Source: Gemmatimonadota bacterium
Lineage (GTDB): Bacteria; Gemmatimonadota; Gemmatimonadetes; Palauibacterales; Palauibacteraceae
Assembly: GCA_963666735.1 (NCBI GenBank)
Contig: OY762926.1
Span: 3,744,001-3,808,000, forward strand
Direction: 5' to 3'
DNA: 64,000 nt
Positions 56,116 to 64,000 of this stretch are shown here, piece by piece. Position 1 is the first letter of the stretch; the number at the start of each line of letters is the position of its first letter. A program made the translations under genes and the position numbers. The notes under the pieces are model-generated. The model had not been told where the DNA came from. It did not search any database and saw nothing but the letters and a program-made list of their open reading frames with translations.

Positions 56116-57441
56116 GTGACCGGGATCCCGGAACTCCGCGTCGATGGAGACCGGCTCTGGGGGCGCCTCGAGGAGATGGCGCGCATCGGGGCCACGCCCG
56201 CCGGGGGCGTCCACCGCCTCGCCCTGAGCGACGAGGACCGTCGAGCGCGCGACCTCTTGCGGGCGTGGGCCGAGTCGCTGGGCCTCGCGGTGTCCGTCGA
56301 CGGGATCGGCAACATGTTCGCCCGCCGGGAGGGCCGGGAGGGCCGGGGGGGAACGGGCGGCGCCGCGGCCGAGAGCCGACCCCCTCTCGTGCTCGGAAGT
56401 CACCTCGACAGCCAGCCCACGGGGGGGCGGTTCGATGGCCCGCTCGGCGTCCTCGCGGCGCTGGAGGTGGTGGAAACGCTCGAGGAGCACGGGGTTCGGA
56501 CGGCTCGCGCGATCGAAGTGGCGAATTGGACGAACGAAGAGGGTGCCCGTTTTCCGCCCGCCATGATGGGATCGGGCGTGTTTTCGGGCCGCTTCGACCT
56601 CGCCGACGCGCTCGGCGCGACGGATCCGGACGGGGTCACGGTGTCGGACGCCATCGACCGCATCGGGTATCGCGGCGCGCTCCCCGTGGGGGGCCGCCCG
56701 ATCGCCGCCGCGCTCGAGTTGCACATCGAGCAGGGCCCGATGCTCGAGGAGAACGGCTGCGAGATCGGCGTGGTGACCGGGGTGCAGGGCGCCCGCTGGT
56801 TCGACCTGACGATCACGGGAGAGGAAGCGCACGCGGGGTCCACGCCGATGTCGCGGCGGACGGATCCGGTGGCGGTGCTCGGGCGGCTTCTCGTCGACGC
56901 GTATCGCCGCATCGAACGGGACTTCGCGCCGCACGGACGCCTGACCTTCGGGGTTCTGGCGGCAGAGCCGGCCTCGCGGAACACGGTGCCCGGGCGCGTG
57001 GCGGTCAGCGTGGACCTCCGTCACCCGGACGATTCGACCCTCGACGATATGGAGCGCGCGCTCCGCGAGGAGGCGTCGCGCGCGTGTCTCGCACGGGGAG
57101 CTTCGTGGCGGCTGGAAGACGTCTGGCGCTCCCCGCCGGTCCGCTTCGCGGAGCCGTGCATCGAGGCGGTCCATGCCGCCGCGGAATCCTGCGGATACAC
57201 ATCCATGCGCCTCATGGCCGGGGCCGGCCACGACTCCGTCCACACGAACGACGTCGCGCCGACGGGGATGATCTTCGTCCCCTGCGAAGGCGGCATCAGT
57301 CACAACGAGGCGGAGAACATCACGCCCGCACAGGCAGAGGCGGGGGCCAACGTCCTCCTCCACGCGGCGCTCAGGCTCGTGGAGCCACCGGGGGCTGATA
57401 TGTTGTCCGCGCCAACCCACCAACCAGGAGGCGCCGCTTGA
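56116..57441 (+). CDS. M20 Zn-dependent N-carbamoyl-amino-acid amidohydrolase (beta-ureidopropionase-like)
   Basis: GSHLDSQPTGGRFDG, NEEGARF, ELHIEQGP, GAGHD, SHNEAE. Confidence 0.92.
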   Translation: MTGIPELRVDGDRLWGRLEEMARIGATPAGGVHRLALSDEDRRARDLLRAWAESLGLAVSVDGIGNMFARREGREGRGGTGGAAAESRPPLVLGSHLDSQPTGGRFDGPLGVLAALEVVETLEEHGVRTARAIEVANWTNEEGARFPPAMMGSGVFSGRFDLADALGATDPDGVTVSDAIDRIGYRGALPVGGRPIAAALELHIEQGPMLEENGCEIGVVTGVQGARWFDLTITGEEAHAGSTPMSRRTDPVAVLGRLLVDAYRRIERDFAPHGRLTFGVLAAEPASRNTVPGRVAVSVDLRHPDDSTLDDMERALREEASRACLARGASWRLEDVWRSPPVRFAEPCIEAVHAAAESCGYTSMRLMAGAGHDSVHTNDVAPTGMIFVPCEGGISHNEAENITPAQAEAGANVLLHAALRLVEPPGADMLSAPTHQPGGAA

Positions 57442-58838
57442 CCGCCACGACGAACACCGCCACGGCGAACTCCGCCGGAACCGCAACGGCCCAATGGCAG
57501 GACATCGACCGCCGCCATCACGTCCACCCCTTCGTCGACCCCCGGGTCGTGGCCGAGAAAGGGACGCGCGTGATCGTGGGCGCGGAGGGCCGCCACCTCA
57601 TCGACTCCGATGGCCGGCGCATCCTCGACGGCATGGGCGGCCTGTGGTGCGTGAATCTCGGCTACGGACGCGAGGAACTCGCGAGGGCGGCGTACGACCA
57701 GATGGTCGAGCTTCCCTACTACAACACGTTCTTCCGTTCGGCGCCCCCGGCCACGATCGAACTGTCCCGGGTCCTCGCGGAACTCGCGCCCGGCGCGATC
57801 GCGCACACCTTCTTTTCGAGTTCCGGTTCCGAAGCGAACGACACCATCGTCCGCCTCGTCCGCCGGTACTGGGACCTGCGCGAGAAGCCGGAGAAGAAGA
57901 CGTTCATCAGCCGCACCTACGCCTATCACGGCAGCACGATGGCCGCCGCCAGCCTGGGCGGCTTCGAGGCCATGCACGCGGTGGGCGACCTGCCGTTGCC
58001 CGGCTTCGAGCACGTCATGCCGCCGTACTGGTTCGCCATGGGAGCGCCCGGCGAGACGCCCGAGGAGACCGGCGCGCGGGCGGCGCGGGCGGTGGAGGAG
58101 AAGATCGCGGAACTCGGCCCGGATCGCGTGGCGGCGTTCATCGGCGAACCCGTCATCGGCGCCGGCGGCGTCATCGTGCCGCCGGACAACTACTGGCCCG
58201 AGATCCAGCGGATCTGCCGCGAGAACGATGTGCTCGTGGTCTGCGACGAGGTGATCACCGGCTTCGGCCGCACCGGCGAGTGGTTCGGCGCGCAGAAGTT
58301 CGGGATCGAGGCCGACCTCATGACGATCGCCAAGGGGCTCACCTCCGGCTACGTCCCGATGTCCGCCGTGCTCATGACCGACGCGGTGTTCGATGTGCTG
58401 GCCGGAGGGGGAGTGATCCCGCACGGGTACACCTATTCGGGCCATCCGGTCTCGGCCGCCGTGGCCCTGGAGAACCTCCGGATCATGAAGGAGGAGGGCG
58501 TCGTCGATCGGGTGAGAGAGGACACCGGCCCCTACTTCCAGGCGCGGCTGAGGGAGTTGAACGATCACCCGCTCGTGGGCGAAGTGCGGGGCGTCGGGCT
58601 CGTGGCAGGCGTCGAACTCTCGAAGGACAAGACGACCCGGGAGCTGTTCGAGCCCATGGGCCAGGTGGGAGCCCTCTGCCACGAGCACCTCTACGACGAG
58701 GGGGTCGTATTCCGCGCCATGCGCGACGTCATGTGCACGAGTCCACCGCTCACGATCACGCGCGAGGAGATCGACGAACTCGTGACGAAGGCCCGCGCGG
58801 GGATCGACCGGACGGCGCGCGACCTCGGCCTGATGTAG
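57438..58838 (+). CDS. Class III aminotransferase (SpuC / omega-amine:pyruvate type)
   Basis: GLWCVNLGYG, SGSEAND, YHG, DEVITGFGRTG, AKGLTSGY, HGYTYSGHP; AGGAGG plus TTG. Confidence 0.93.
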   Translation: MTATTNTATANSAGTATAQWQDIDRRHHVHPFVDPRVVAEKGTRVIVGAEGRHLIDSDGRRILDGMGGLWCVNLGYGREELARAAYDQMVELPYYNTFFRSAPPATIELSRVLAELAPGAIAHTFFSSSGSEANDTIVRLVRRYWDLREKPEKKTFISRTYAYHGSTMAAASLGGFEAMHAVGDLPLPGFEHVMPPYWFAMGAPGETPEETGARAARAVEEKIAELGPDRVAAFIGEPVIGAGGVIVPPDNYWPEIQRICRENDVLVVCDEVITGFGRTGEWFGAQKFGIEADLMTIAKGLTSGYVPMSAVLMTDAVFDVLAGGGVIPHGYTYSGHPVSAAVALENLRIMKEEGVVDRVREDTGPYFQARLRELNDHPLVGEVRGVGLVAGVELSKDKTTRELFEPMGQVGALCHEHLYDEGVVFRAMRDVMCTSPPLTITREEIDELVTKARAGIDRTARDLGLM

Positions 58839-58844
58839 CGGCCC

Positions 58845-59288
58845 GTGACGAAACCCCGACGGGTGGTGGGGCTGCGCGGCCAGCGGGCGCTTCGGGGCGC
58901 CCTGGGAGCGGCGCTGTGTGCGATTCCGGCCGCCTGCGCCGCGGCGGGGGGCGCGCCGGCGGGCGGTCCGCGGCCCGAGGCGGACGGGCATGGCTTCCGC
59001 ATGAGCTACTACGTCTCGTGCAGCGTGAGCAATGAATGCCGTGTGCAGTACATCGACGAGGCCGGCGAACTGCGGGCACGCGACATCGTGGGCGATTGGG
59101 AGATGGATCTCGGCGCGGACCGGGGCACGCGGCTCTGGGTGCGCGCCGGCGCCGGCGGGTGTCCGCCCCGACCCGTGCGGGCCGAGATACGGATGGGCGC
59201 CGACGTCGTGGCCGAGCACCTCGCGCGGCCGCCGGGGGGCCAACGCTGCCGCTGGATCCTCGCCGAGACGGAGTTCCGCATCCCGTGA
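58845..59288 (+). CDS. Hypothetical Cys-containing lipoprotein
   Basis: Signal region ending PAAC; four further Cys; GTGA coupling to the next gene. Confidence 0.6.
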   Translation: MTKPRRVVGLRGQRALRGALGAALCAIPAACAAAGGAPAGGPRPEADGHGFRMSYYVSCSVSNECRVQYIDEAGELRARDIVGDWEMDLGADRGTRLWVRAGAGGCPPRPVRAEIRMGADVVAEHLARPPGGQRCRWILAETEFRIP

Positions 59289-59842
59289 TCCGGCGCTTGG
59301 CGAGCGGCCTGCTGAAGCTCGCCGGCTGGCGGACCGTCGGCGAACCGCCCGGACCGAGGTCCGTCATCATCGGAGCCCCGCACACGTCGAACTGGGACTT
59401 CCCGCTCGCGCTGCTCTGCTTCTGGAGCGTCCCCATCCCCGCCCGCTGGGTCGGCAAGCATACGATCTTCCGATGGCCCTTCGGCGGTCCGCTGCGCCGT
59501 CTGGGCGGCATCCCCGTCGACCGGGCCCATACCACGGACTTCGTCCGCGTCATCGTCGAGGCGTTCGAGCGCGAACCGGAGTTCACGCTCGTGCTCGCGC
59601 CCGAGGGTACGCGCAGCCGCCGCGACCACTGGCGGAGCGGGTTCTACTGGATCGCGCACGGCGCGGGAGTGCCCCTCGCGCTGGGCTTCGTGAACTACGC
59701 CGACCGTACCGTGGGGATCGGCGACGCCTTCATCCCGAGCGGGGACATCGAAGCGGACATGGAGCGGATCCGCGCCTTCTACGCCGACAAGAGAGGGCGG
59801 CGCCCCGGGATGCAAAGTTCGATTCGCGTGCGCCCGCGCTGA
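59285..59842 (+). CDS. PlsC-like lysophospholipid acyltransferase
   Basis: PHTSNWD, GGIPVDR, APEGTR, WRSGFY. Confidence 0.9.
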   Translation: MIRRLASGLLKLAGWRTVGEPPGPRSVIIGAPHTSNWDFPLALLCFWSVPIPARWVGKHTIFRWPFGGPLRRLGGIPVDRAHTTDFVRVIVEAFEREPEFTLVLAPEGTRSRRDHWRSGFYWIAHGAGVPLALGFVNYADRTVGIGDAFIPSGDIEADMERIRAFYADKRGRRPGMQSSIRVRPR

Positions 59843-59878
59843 ACCGCGCCGCGTCGCCACAGGGCCCCGGAGCCGCCC

Positions 59879-60982
59879 TCAGACGCCTTCGGCCGTCTCC
59901 GCCATGAGGTGCCGGACCACGGCTCTTACGTCGCCGGTCTCCTCGTACACGGCGACCTGCCGCTGCGAACTCGACCCCTCCCTGATGATCCGGAGCGCGT
60001 ACTCCACCTCCGCGCGGGTTCCGAGTTCGTCGACCACGTCGTCGAGGAACCACTCGATGATTTCGATGATCAGATCCGCCGCCGGGTGCTCGCTCTGGCG
60101 CCCGAAATCGATGAGCTTCCCGGTCAGCCCGTACCTGGCCGCGCGCCATTTGTTCTCGGCGAGCAGGACCTCGGGATACTGGCGGAAGGTGAGGTTGTCC
60201 CGCCGCAGCTTCCACAGCTTCGCCACGATCCCCTGGAAGATGGCGGCGATGCACACGACCTCCTCCACGCGCGTGCACATGTCGCACACGCGGAATTCGA
60301 GCGTCGGGAACTTGTGGTTGGGGCGGACGTCCCACCAGATCTTGCTCGAATCCGGGATCGTGTTCGAACGGACCATGGTCTCGATGAAGTGCTCGTACTC
60401 GTTCCAGCTTCCGAAACTCATCGGGATGCCCGTGCGCGGGAAGTTCCGCCAGATGATGCTGCGGTAGGAGTGCAGGCCCGTCTTCGATCCTTCCCAGAAC
60501 GGGGAACTCGTGGAGAGCGCGAGCAGGTGGGGGAGGAAATACCGCGAGACGTTCATCGCGTCGACCATGAAGTCCCGATCCTCGATGCCCACGTGGATGT
60601 GGGTGCCGAAGATCAGGTTCCGCTCGGCGACCTGCTGCAGATCCTCCCTCAGCCCGACGTAGCGCTCGATCGGCGTGATGTCCTGCTGGTCCCAGGTCGA
60701 GAAGGGGTGGGTGCCCGCGGCCACGATGGCGAGCCCCTTCTCGGCGACCTTGCCGCTGACGAGGCGCCGCATGCGCAGGACTTCCTCGCGCGCCTCCCCC
60801 ACATCCCGGCAGACCTCGCTGGCCGTCTCCACGCAGGCCTGGTGAAGCTCCGGGTGAATCTGCTCGCGCGTCTCCAGGTCACCTTCGAGAATCTCGGTGA
60901 TGAACGACGTGAGTTCGCCGGTCTCCGGATGGACGACCTGGTATTCCTCTTCGATCCCGAGCGTGAGTGAAGGCGCTTTCAT
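59879..60982 (-). CDS. Carboxylate-amine ligase (GCS2/YbdK family)
   Basis: TLGIEEEY, AGTHPF, FGTHIHVG, SSPFW, WWDVRP, TLEFRVCD. Confidence 0.93.
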   Translation of the reverse strand: MKAPSLTLGIEEEYQVVHPETGELTSFITEILEGDLETREQIHPELHQACVETASEVCRDVGEAREEVLRMRRLVSGKVAEKGLAIVAAGTHPFSTWDQQDITPIERYVGLREDLQQVAERNLIFGTHIHVGIEDRDFMVDAMNVSRYFLPHLLALSTSSPFWEGSKTGLHSYRSIIWRNFPRTGIPMSFGSWNEYEHFIETMVRSNTIPDSSKIWWDVRPNHKFPTLEFRVCDMCTRVEEVVCIAAIFQGIVAKLWKLRRDNLTFRQYPEVLLAENKWRAARYGLTGKLIDFGRQSEHPAADLIIEIIEWFLDDVVDELGTRAEVEYALRIIREGSSSQRQVAVYEETGDVRAVVRHLMAETAEGV

Positions 60983-61112
60983 GTGACCCTCCCCGGAGAG
61001 CGTTTTCGAAGCCGCGGGGGCAAGCTACTTTCGAGGATCGCCGGAGGCCATGTATGTTTCTCCGTCCCCGATCCGACCCGTATCCCCGATTCCCGACACG
61101 GAGGCACCATCG

Positions 61113-61433
61113 ATGGACTGGCTCTACGCAACCTGCATCTTCTGGCTTGTGGCTGCGGTCTTCTTCGGCGGCATCTACGACGCGGAGACCGGATCGGCCG
61201 GCCGCCAGGCGCTGGGGCTCCTGCTCAACTTCGTCGTGTTCCTCGGCATCTTCGCGGTGCTGCGGCTCGCGCTCGGCGGCCTGGGCGGGGAGAGCGCATT
61301 CCTGCGCACGGTGTGGGGCACCGTGGTGCCCATAGGCCTGCCGACCATGCTGCTCGGCCGGATCGGGAACGTGGTCTTCAAGCTCGCGGGCGTCACGATG
61401 ACACGGAAAGTGTTCTCCGCGGACGCCCACTAG
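61113..61433 (+). CDS. Small hypothetical membrane protein
   Basis: GGAGG SD before ATG 61113; about 3 TM helices. Confidence 0.7.
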   Translation: MDWLYATCIFWLVAAVFFGGIYDAETGSAGRQALGLLLNFVVFLGIFAVLRLALGGLGGESAFLRTVWGTVVPIGLPTMLLGRIGNVVFKLAGVTMTRKVFSADAH

Positions 61434-61545
61434 CCGGACCCTTCCTCAGGGCGGAATGGCGCGCCCACTTGCAATCCTGCGAGGGTGGGCGAATTATGCG
61501 CCCGGATCGCTCGTCGGAGCTTACTTTCAACAGGGAGAACCCAGG

Positions 61546-61839
61546 ATGACCAAAGACGATTTCGCGGCGAAGCTCGCCTCGCAGGCCGGCCTGAGCAAAG
61601 CCAGCGCGCGAGATGTGATCGACTGCATATTCTCGACGGATGCCGGCACGGGGATCATCGCAGGCGAGCTTGACGCCGGCCGCGACTTCACGGTCACCGG
61701 CTTCGGCACGTTCGGAACCCGGCACCGCAAGGCGCGCATGGGCCGGAACCCCCAGACCGGCGAGTCGATTCAGATCGCGGCCATGAACGTTCCCACGTTC
61801 AAGGCGGGCAAGGGGCTCAAGGACCGCGTCCGAGCCTAG
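61546..61839 (+). CDS. hup: HU DNA-binding protein
   Basis: MTK..., GFGTF, RKARMGRNPQTGE, FKAGKGLKD. Confidence 0.95.
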   Translation: MTKDDFAAKLASQAGLSKASARDVIDCIFSTDAGTGIIAGELDAGRDFTVTGFGTFGTRHRKARMGRNPQTGESIQIAAMNVPTFKAGKGLKDRVRA

Positions 61840-61848
61840 AACGGCAAC

Positions 61849-61882
61849 GCAACGGGACCCGGCGTCGCCCGGGTCCCGCTGC
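61849..61882. terminator. Hairpin between convergent hup and coxE-like genes
   Basis: GCAACGGGACCCGG...CCGGGTCCCGCTGC stem; no strong U-tract. Confidence 0.55.
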
Positions 61883-61915
61883 GATCGCCTCCAACTCCGT
61901 CGTTTTCTCCTCCAG

Positions 61916-63055
61916 TCACAATCCGAGCAGCCCCGGGAGCGTCCTCAGCGCTTCGAGGCTGTGCCCTGACTGGAAGTAGTCCACGTACGGGAGCGCGGTG
62001 CGCATGCCCCTGGCTTCGGGCGCGTAGCGCGAACTCTCGAGCAGGGGATTGAGCCAGATCACTCGACGCGCGCGCCGCCGAATCCAGCCCATGGCGCGCC
62101 GCAGGGGTTCGACCTCGCCCTGGTCCAGTCCATCGGAGAGGATAATGACGAGCGTCCGCCGACCGAGCATCCGCTGGCCGTGCCGGGTCACGAACGTCTC
62201 CAGGCACTCGCCGATCCGCGTCCCGCTCGACCAGCCGCGGGCTCGCAGGCGGTCCAGCGCGGGATCGATCTCTTCGCCGGCCAGCCAGGGCGTGAGGTGC
62301 GTGAGGCGTGTGCTGAACGCGAAGGTCTGGATGTCTCGCGCGCGCCCGCACCCGAGGAGGAAGCGCAGCAGGAAGCGGCTGTAGCGCTCCATCGAGCCGC
62401 TCACGTCGCACAGGACGACGAGTTGCGGCGGTACGTGGCGCCGCCGCCGCCGCGCCAGGCGCACGAGTTCGCCCTCGTGGGCGACGAGCGACCGCAGCGT
62501 CCTCCGCACGTCGATCGGCCCCCGGCGGCCGCCCGGCTCCAGCCGCCGGCTGCGTCGCGTGGACAGCCGCACCATCAGTCGCTCGAGCCAGGCGTCGACC
62601 TCGCGCAGTTCCTCGTCGCCGATCGACGCGAAGGAGCGCCGTGCGAGCGAGTGGGCGGCGCTGTACACGGCGCCGACCGGGCGCTCCCGGGCGTCCGGCT
62701 CGTCCGGGGCGTGCGCTCCGACATCGTCGCGGGCCGCCGCCGCGAGCCCGTCCGGTTCGGAGAGCCCGCTGGCCGGCGGCCGGTGCCCCCGGTCCGACGC
62801 GGCCTTCGACAGCAGCTCCTCGACGGCGGATGAGGGCCGCCCTCCACGCCACCACGCGGGGAAGCAGCGCTCGAAGATCTCGAGGTCGGCGGCGCTCGAG
62901 CAGAACGCCGCGCGGAGGCCCGCTCTGACGTCCTCCACGTCCTCCGTGTCGATATGAGGGAGCGCGGCGAGGGCCGTCGTGGATTCGGAGAGCGCGCAGG
63001 CCACGCCTTCGCCGCGCAGTCGCCGGCCCAGGTCGACGATGCGCTCGGGCGTCAA
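61916..63055 (-). CDS. CoxE-like VWA-domain protein
   Basis: DVRRTLR, CDVSGSMERYS, FSTRL, SDGLD, WLNPL; TTG start overlapping the upstream stop. Confidence 0.9.
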   Translation of the reverse strand: MTPERIVDLGRRLRGEGVACALSESTTALAALPHIDTEDVEDVRAGLRAAFCSSAADLEIFERCFPAWWRGGRPSSAVEELLSKAASDRGHRPPASGLSEPDGLAAAARDDVGAHAPDEPDARERPVGAVYSAAHSLARRSFASIGDEELREVDAWLERLMVRLSTRRSRRLEPGGRRGPIDVRRTLRSLVAHEGELVRLARRRRRHVPPQLVVLCDVSGSMERYSRFLLRFLLGCGRARDIQTFAFSTRLTHLTPWLAGEEIDPALDRLRARGWSSGTRIGECLETFVTRHGQRMLGRRTLVIILSDGLDQGEVEPLRRAMGWIRRRARRVIWLNPLLESSRYAPEARGMRTALPYVDYFQSGHSLEALRTLPGLLGL

Positions 63056-63936
63056 CTCCCCCCGTCCCCCGATGAGGCGAGCAGTTCCGCCAGCCGCTCC
63101 TCCGTCAGCCCGGCCAGGTCGTTGGGGTCCTTCACGAGCGCCCCGATCGCGTCGCGCGCCGTCGCCGGACGCAGCGGGTCCGGCCCCAGGTGCTCCAGGG
63201 CCGCGGCAAAATCCAGCGTCTCCGCCACGCCGGGGGGCTTTGCGAGCCGCTCGCGCCGCAGCCGCTGGGCCAGCCTCACGGCCTCCCGCGCCCGGGCCGC
63301 CGCGATGTCCGGGCGTCGCCGCCGCAGAATCTCGACCTCGCGCGCCGTCTCGGGATAATCGATCCACAGGTAGAGGCAGCGCCGCCTGAGCGCGTCGGAC
63401 AGCTCGCGGGTCCCGTTCGAAGTGAGCACGACGACGGGCCGCGTCCGGGCTTCGACCGTGCCCAGCTCCGGGATCGAGACCTGAAAGTCCGACAGCAACT
63501 CGAGCAGGAACGCCTCGAACTCCTCGTCCGCCCGGTCCACCTCGTCGATGAGAAGCACCGGGCGCGTCTCGCAGCGAATCGCGCGCAGGAGCGGTCGCTC
63601 GAGCAGAAAGTCCGGCCCGAAGATCGTGCGTTGCACCGCCTCGGCATCGCCGTCGTCGCCCCGCAGACGGATGTGGAGGAGCTGCTTCTGGTAGTTCCAC
63701 TCGTAGAGGGCCGTCGGCAGGTCGAGCCCTTCGTAGCACTGGAGACGAATGAGTTCCGCCCCGAGCCAGGTGGCGACCGCCTTGGCGATCTCGGTCTTGC
63801 CGACGCCGGCGGCCCCCTCGACGAGCAGCGGTTTCTCCATCGCGAGGCCGAGATGGACCGCCGTTGCGATCCCCCGGTCGGCGACGTAACCCACCGCTTC
63901 GAGTTCCTCGATGATCTTCGCGATGTCCGGCTGCAA
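63052..63936 (-). CDS. MoxR-family AAA+ ATPase (CoxD-like)
   Basis: GAAGVGKT, RLQCYEGLD, YEWNY, LIDEVDR, LSDALRRRC. Confidence 0.92.
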   Translation of the reverse strand: MQPDIAKIIEELEAVGYVADRGIATAVHLGLAMEKPLLVEGAAGVGKTEIAKAVATWLGAELIRLQCYEGLDLPTALYEWNYQKQLLHIRLRGDDGDAEAVQRTIFGPDFLLERPLLRAIRCETRPVLLIDEVDRADEEFEAFLLELLSDFQVSIPELGTVEARTRPVVVLTSNGTRELSDALRRRCLYLWIDYPETAREVEILRRRRPDIAAARAREAVRLAQRLRRERLAKPPGVAETLDFAAALEHLGPDPLRPATARDAIGALVKDPNDLAGLTEERLAELLASSGDGGS

Positions 63937-64000
63937 GGCGACGACCTCCCCGGTTGCGGGTGCGGCGCGGCAATCTCAGCTTCCGGTGGAAGCCGATCCG

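Noticed and set aside
61916..63936. CoxD/CoxE pair as a sign of CO dehydrogenase
   Set aside because: No coxL/M/S in the window; these chaperones serve many molybdo-hydroxylases
55064..64000. tRNA-anchored genomic island or prophage
   Set aside because: No integrase, no evident compositional shift and no long att duplication; downstream genes are metabolic or core

Overview
High-GC (roughly 70%) bacterial chromosome segment made almost entirely of core genes. The gene order suggests Gemmatimonadota, but this is inference and was not checked. The main blocks are: two SPOR proteins-smc-MBL hydrolase-aroF-yraN; SRP RNA-dnaX-ybaB-recR-pgsA-cinA-grpE-dnaJ; iscS-mnmA; bshB1; a Yip1/MFP/ATPase/four-permease MacAB-type ABC operon; yifB(comM); pabA/trpG; thpR; an aldehyde dehydrogenase; lepB; an atypical sigma70; rplM-rpsI-rpsB-tsf-pyrH-frr; tilS-hpt-ftsH-folP-cdaA; exbBDD-tonB; yggS-divIVA-ileS-dksA-lspA-rluD; tRNA-Val; copD; an amidohydrolase plus class III aminotransferase; a GCS2 ligase; HU; and coxD/coxE. 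I found no transposase, integrase, prophage, CRISPR array or defence island. Most notable: (1) a YknWXYZ-like exporter with a sigmaW-type promoter whose last permease is tandemly triplicated and diverges mainly in the periplasmic domain; (2) several conserved genes (pgsA, pyrH, yraN, cinA) whose conserved N-termini can only be reached from near-cognate CTG/ACG starts; (3) an RpoD-like sigma factor lacking most of domain 3 and with altered -10 recognition residues; (4) a MITE-like palindromic element flanked by the stop codons of two convergent genes; (5) an IleRS2 with a GVHH signature; (6) a degenerate MinD-fold/TM/SPOR protein upstream of smc. All calls come from reading the sequence and recalled motifs; no searches were run.
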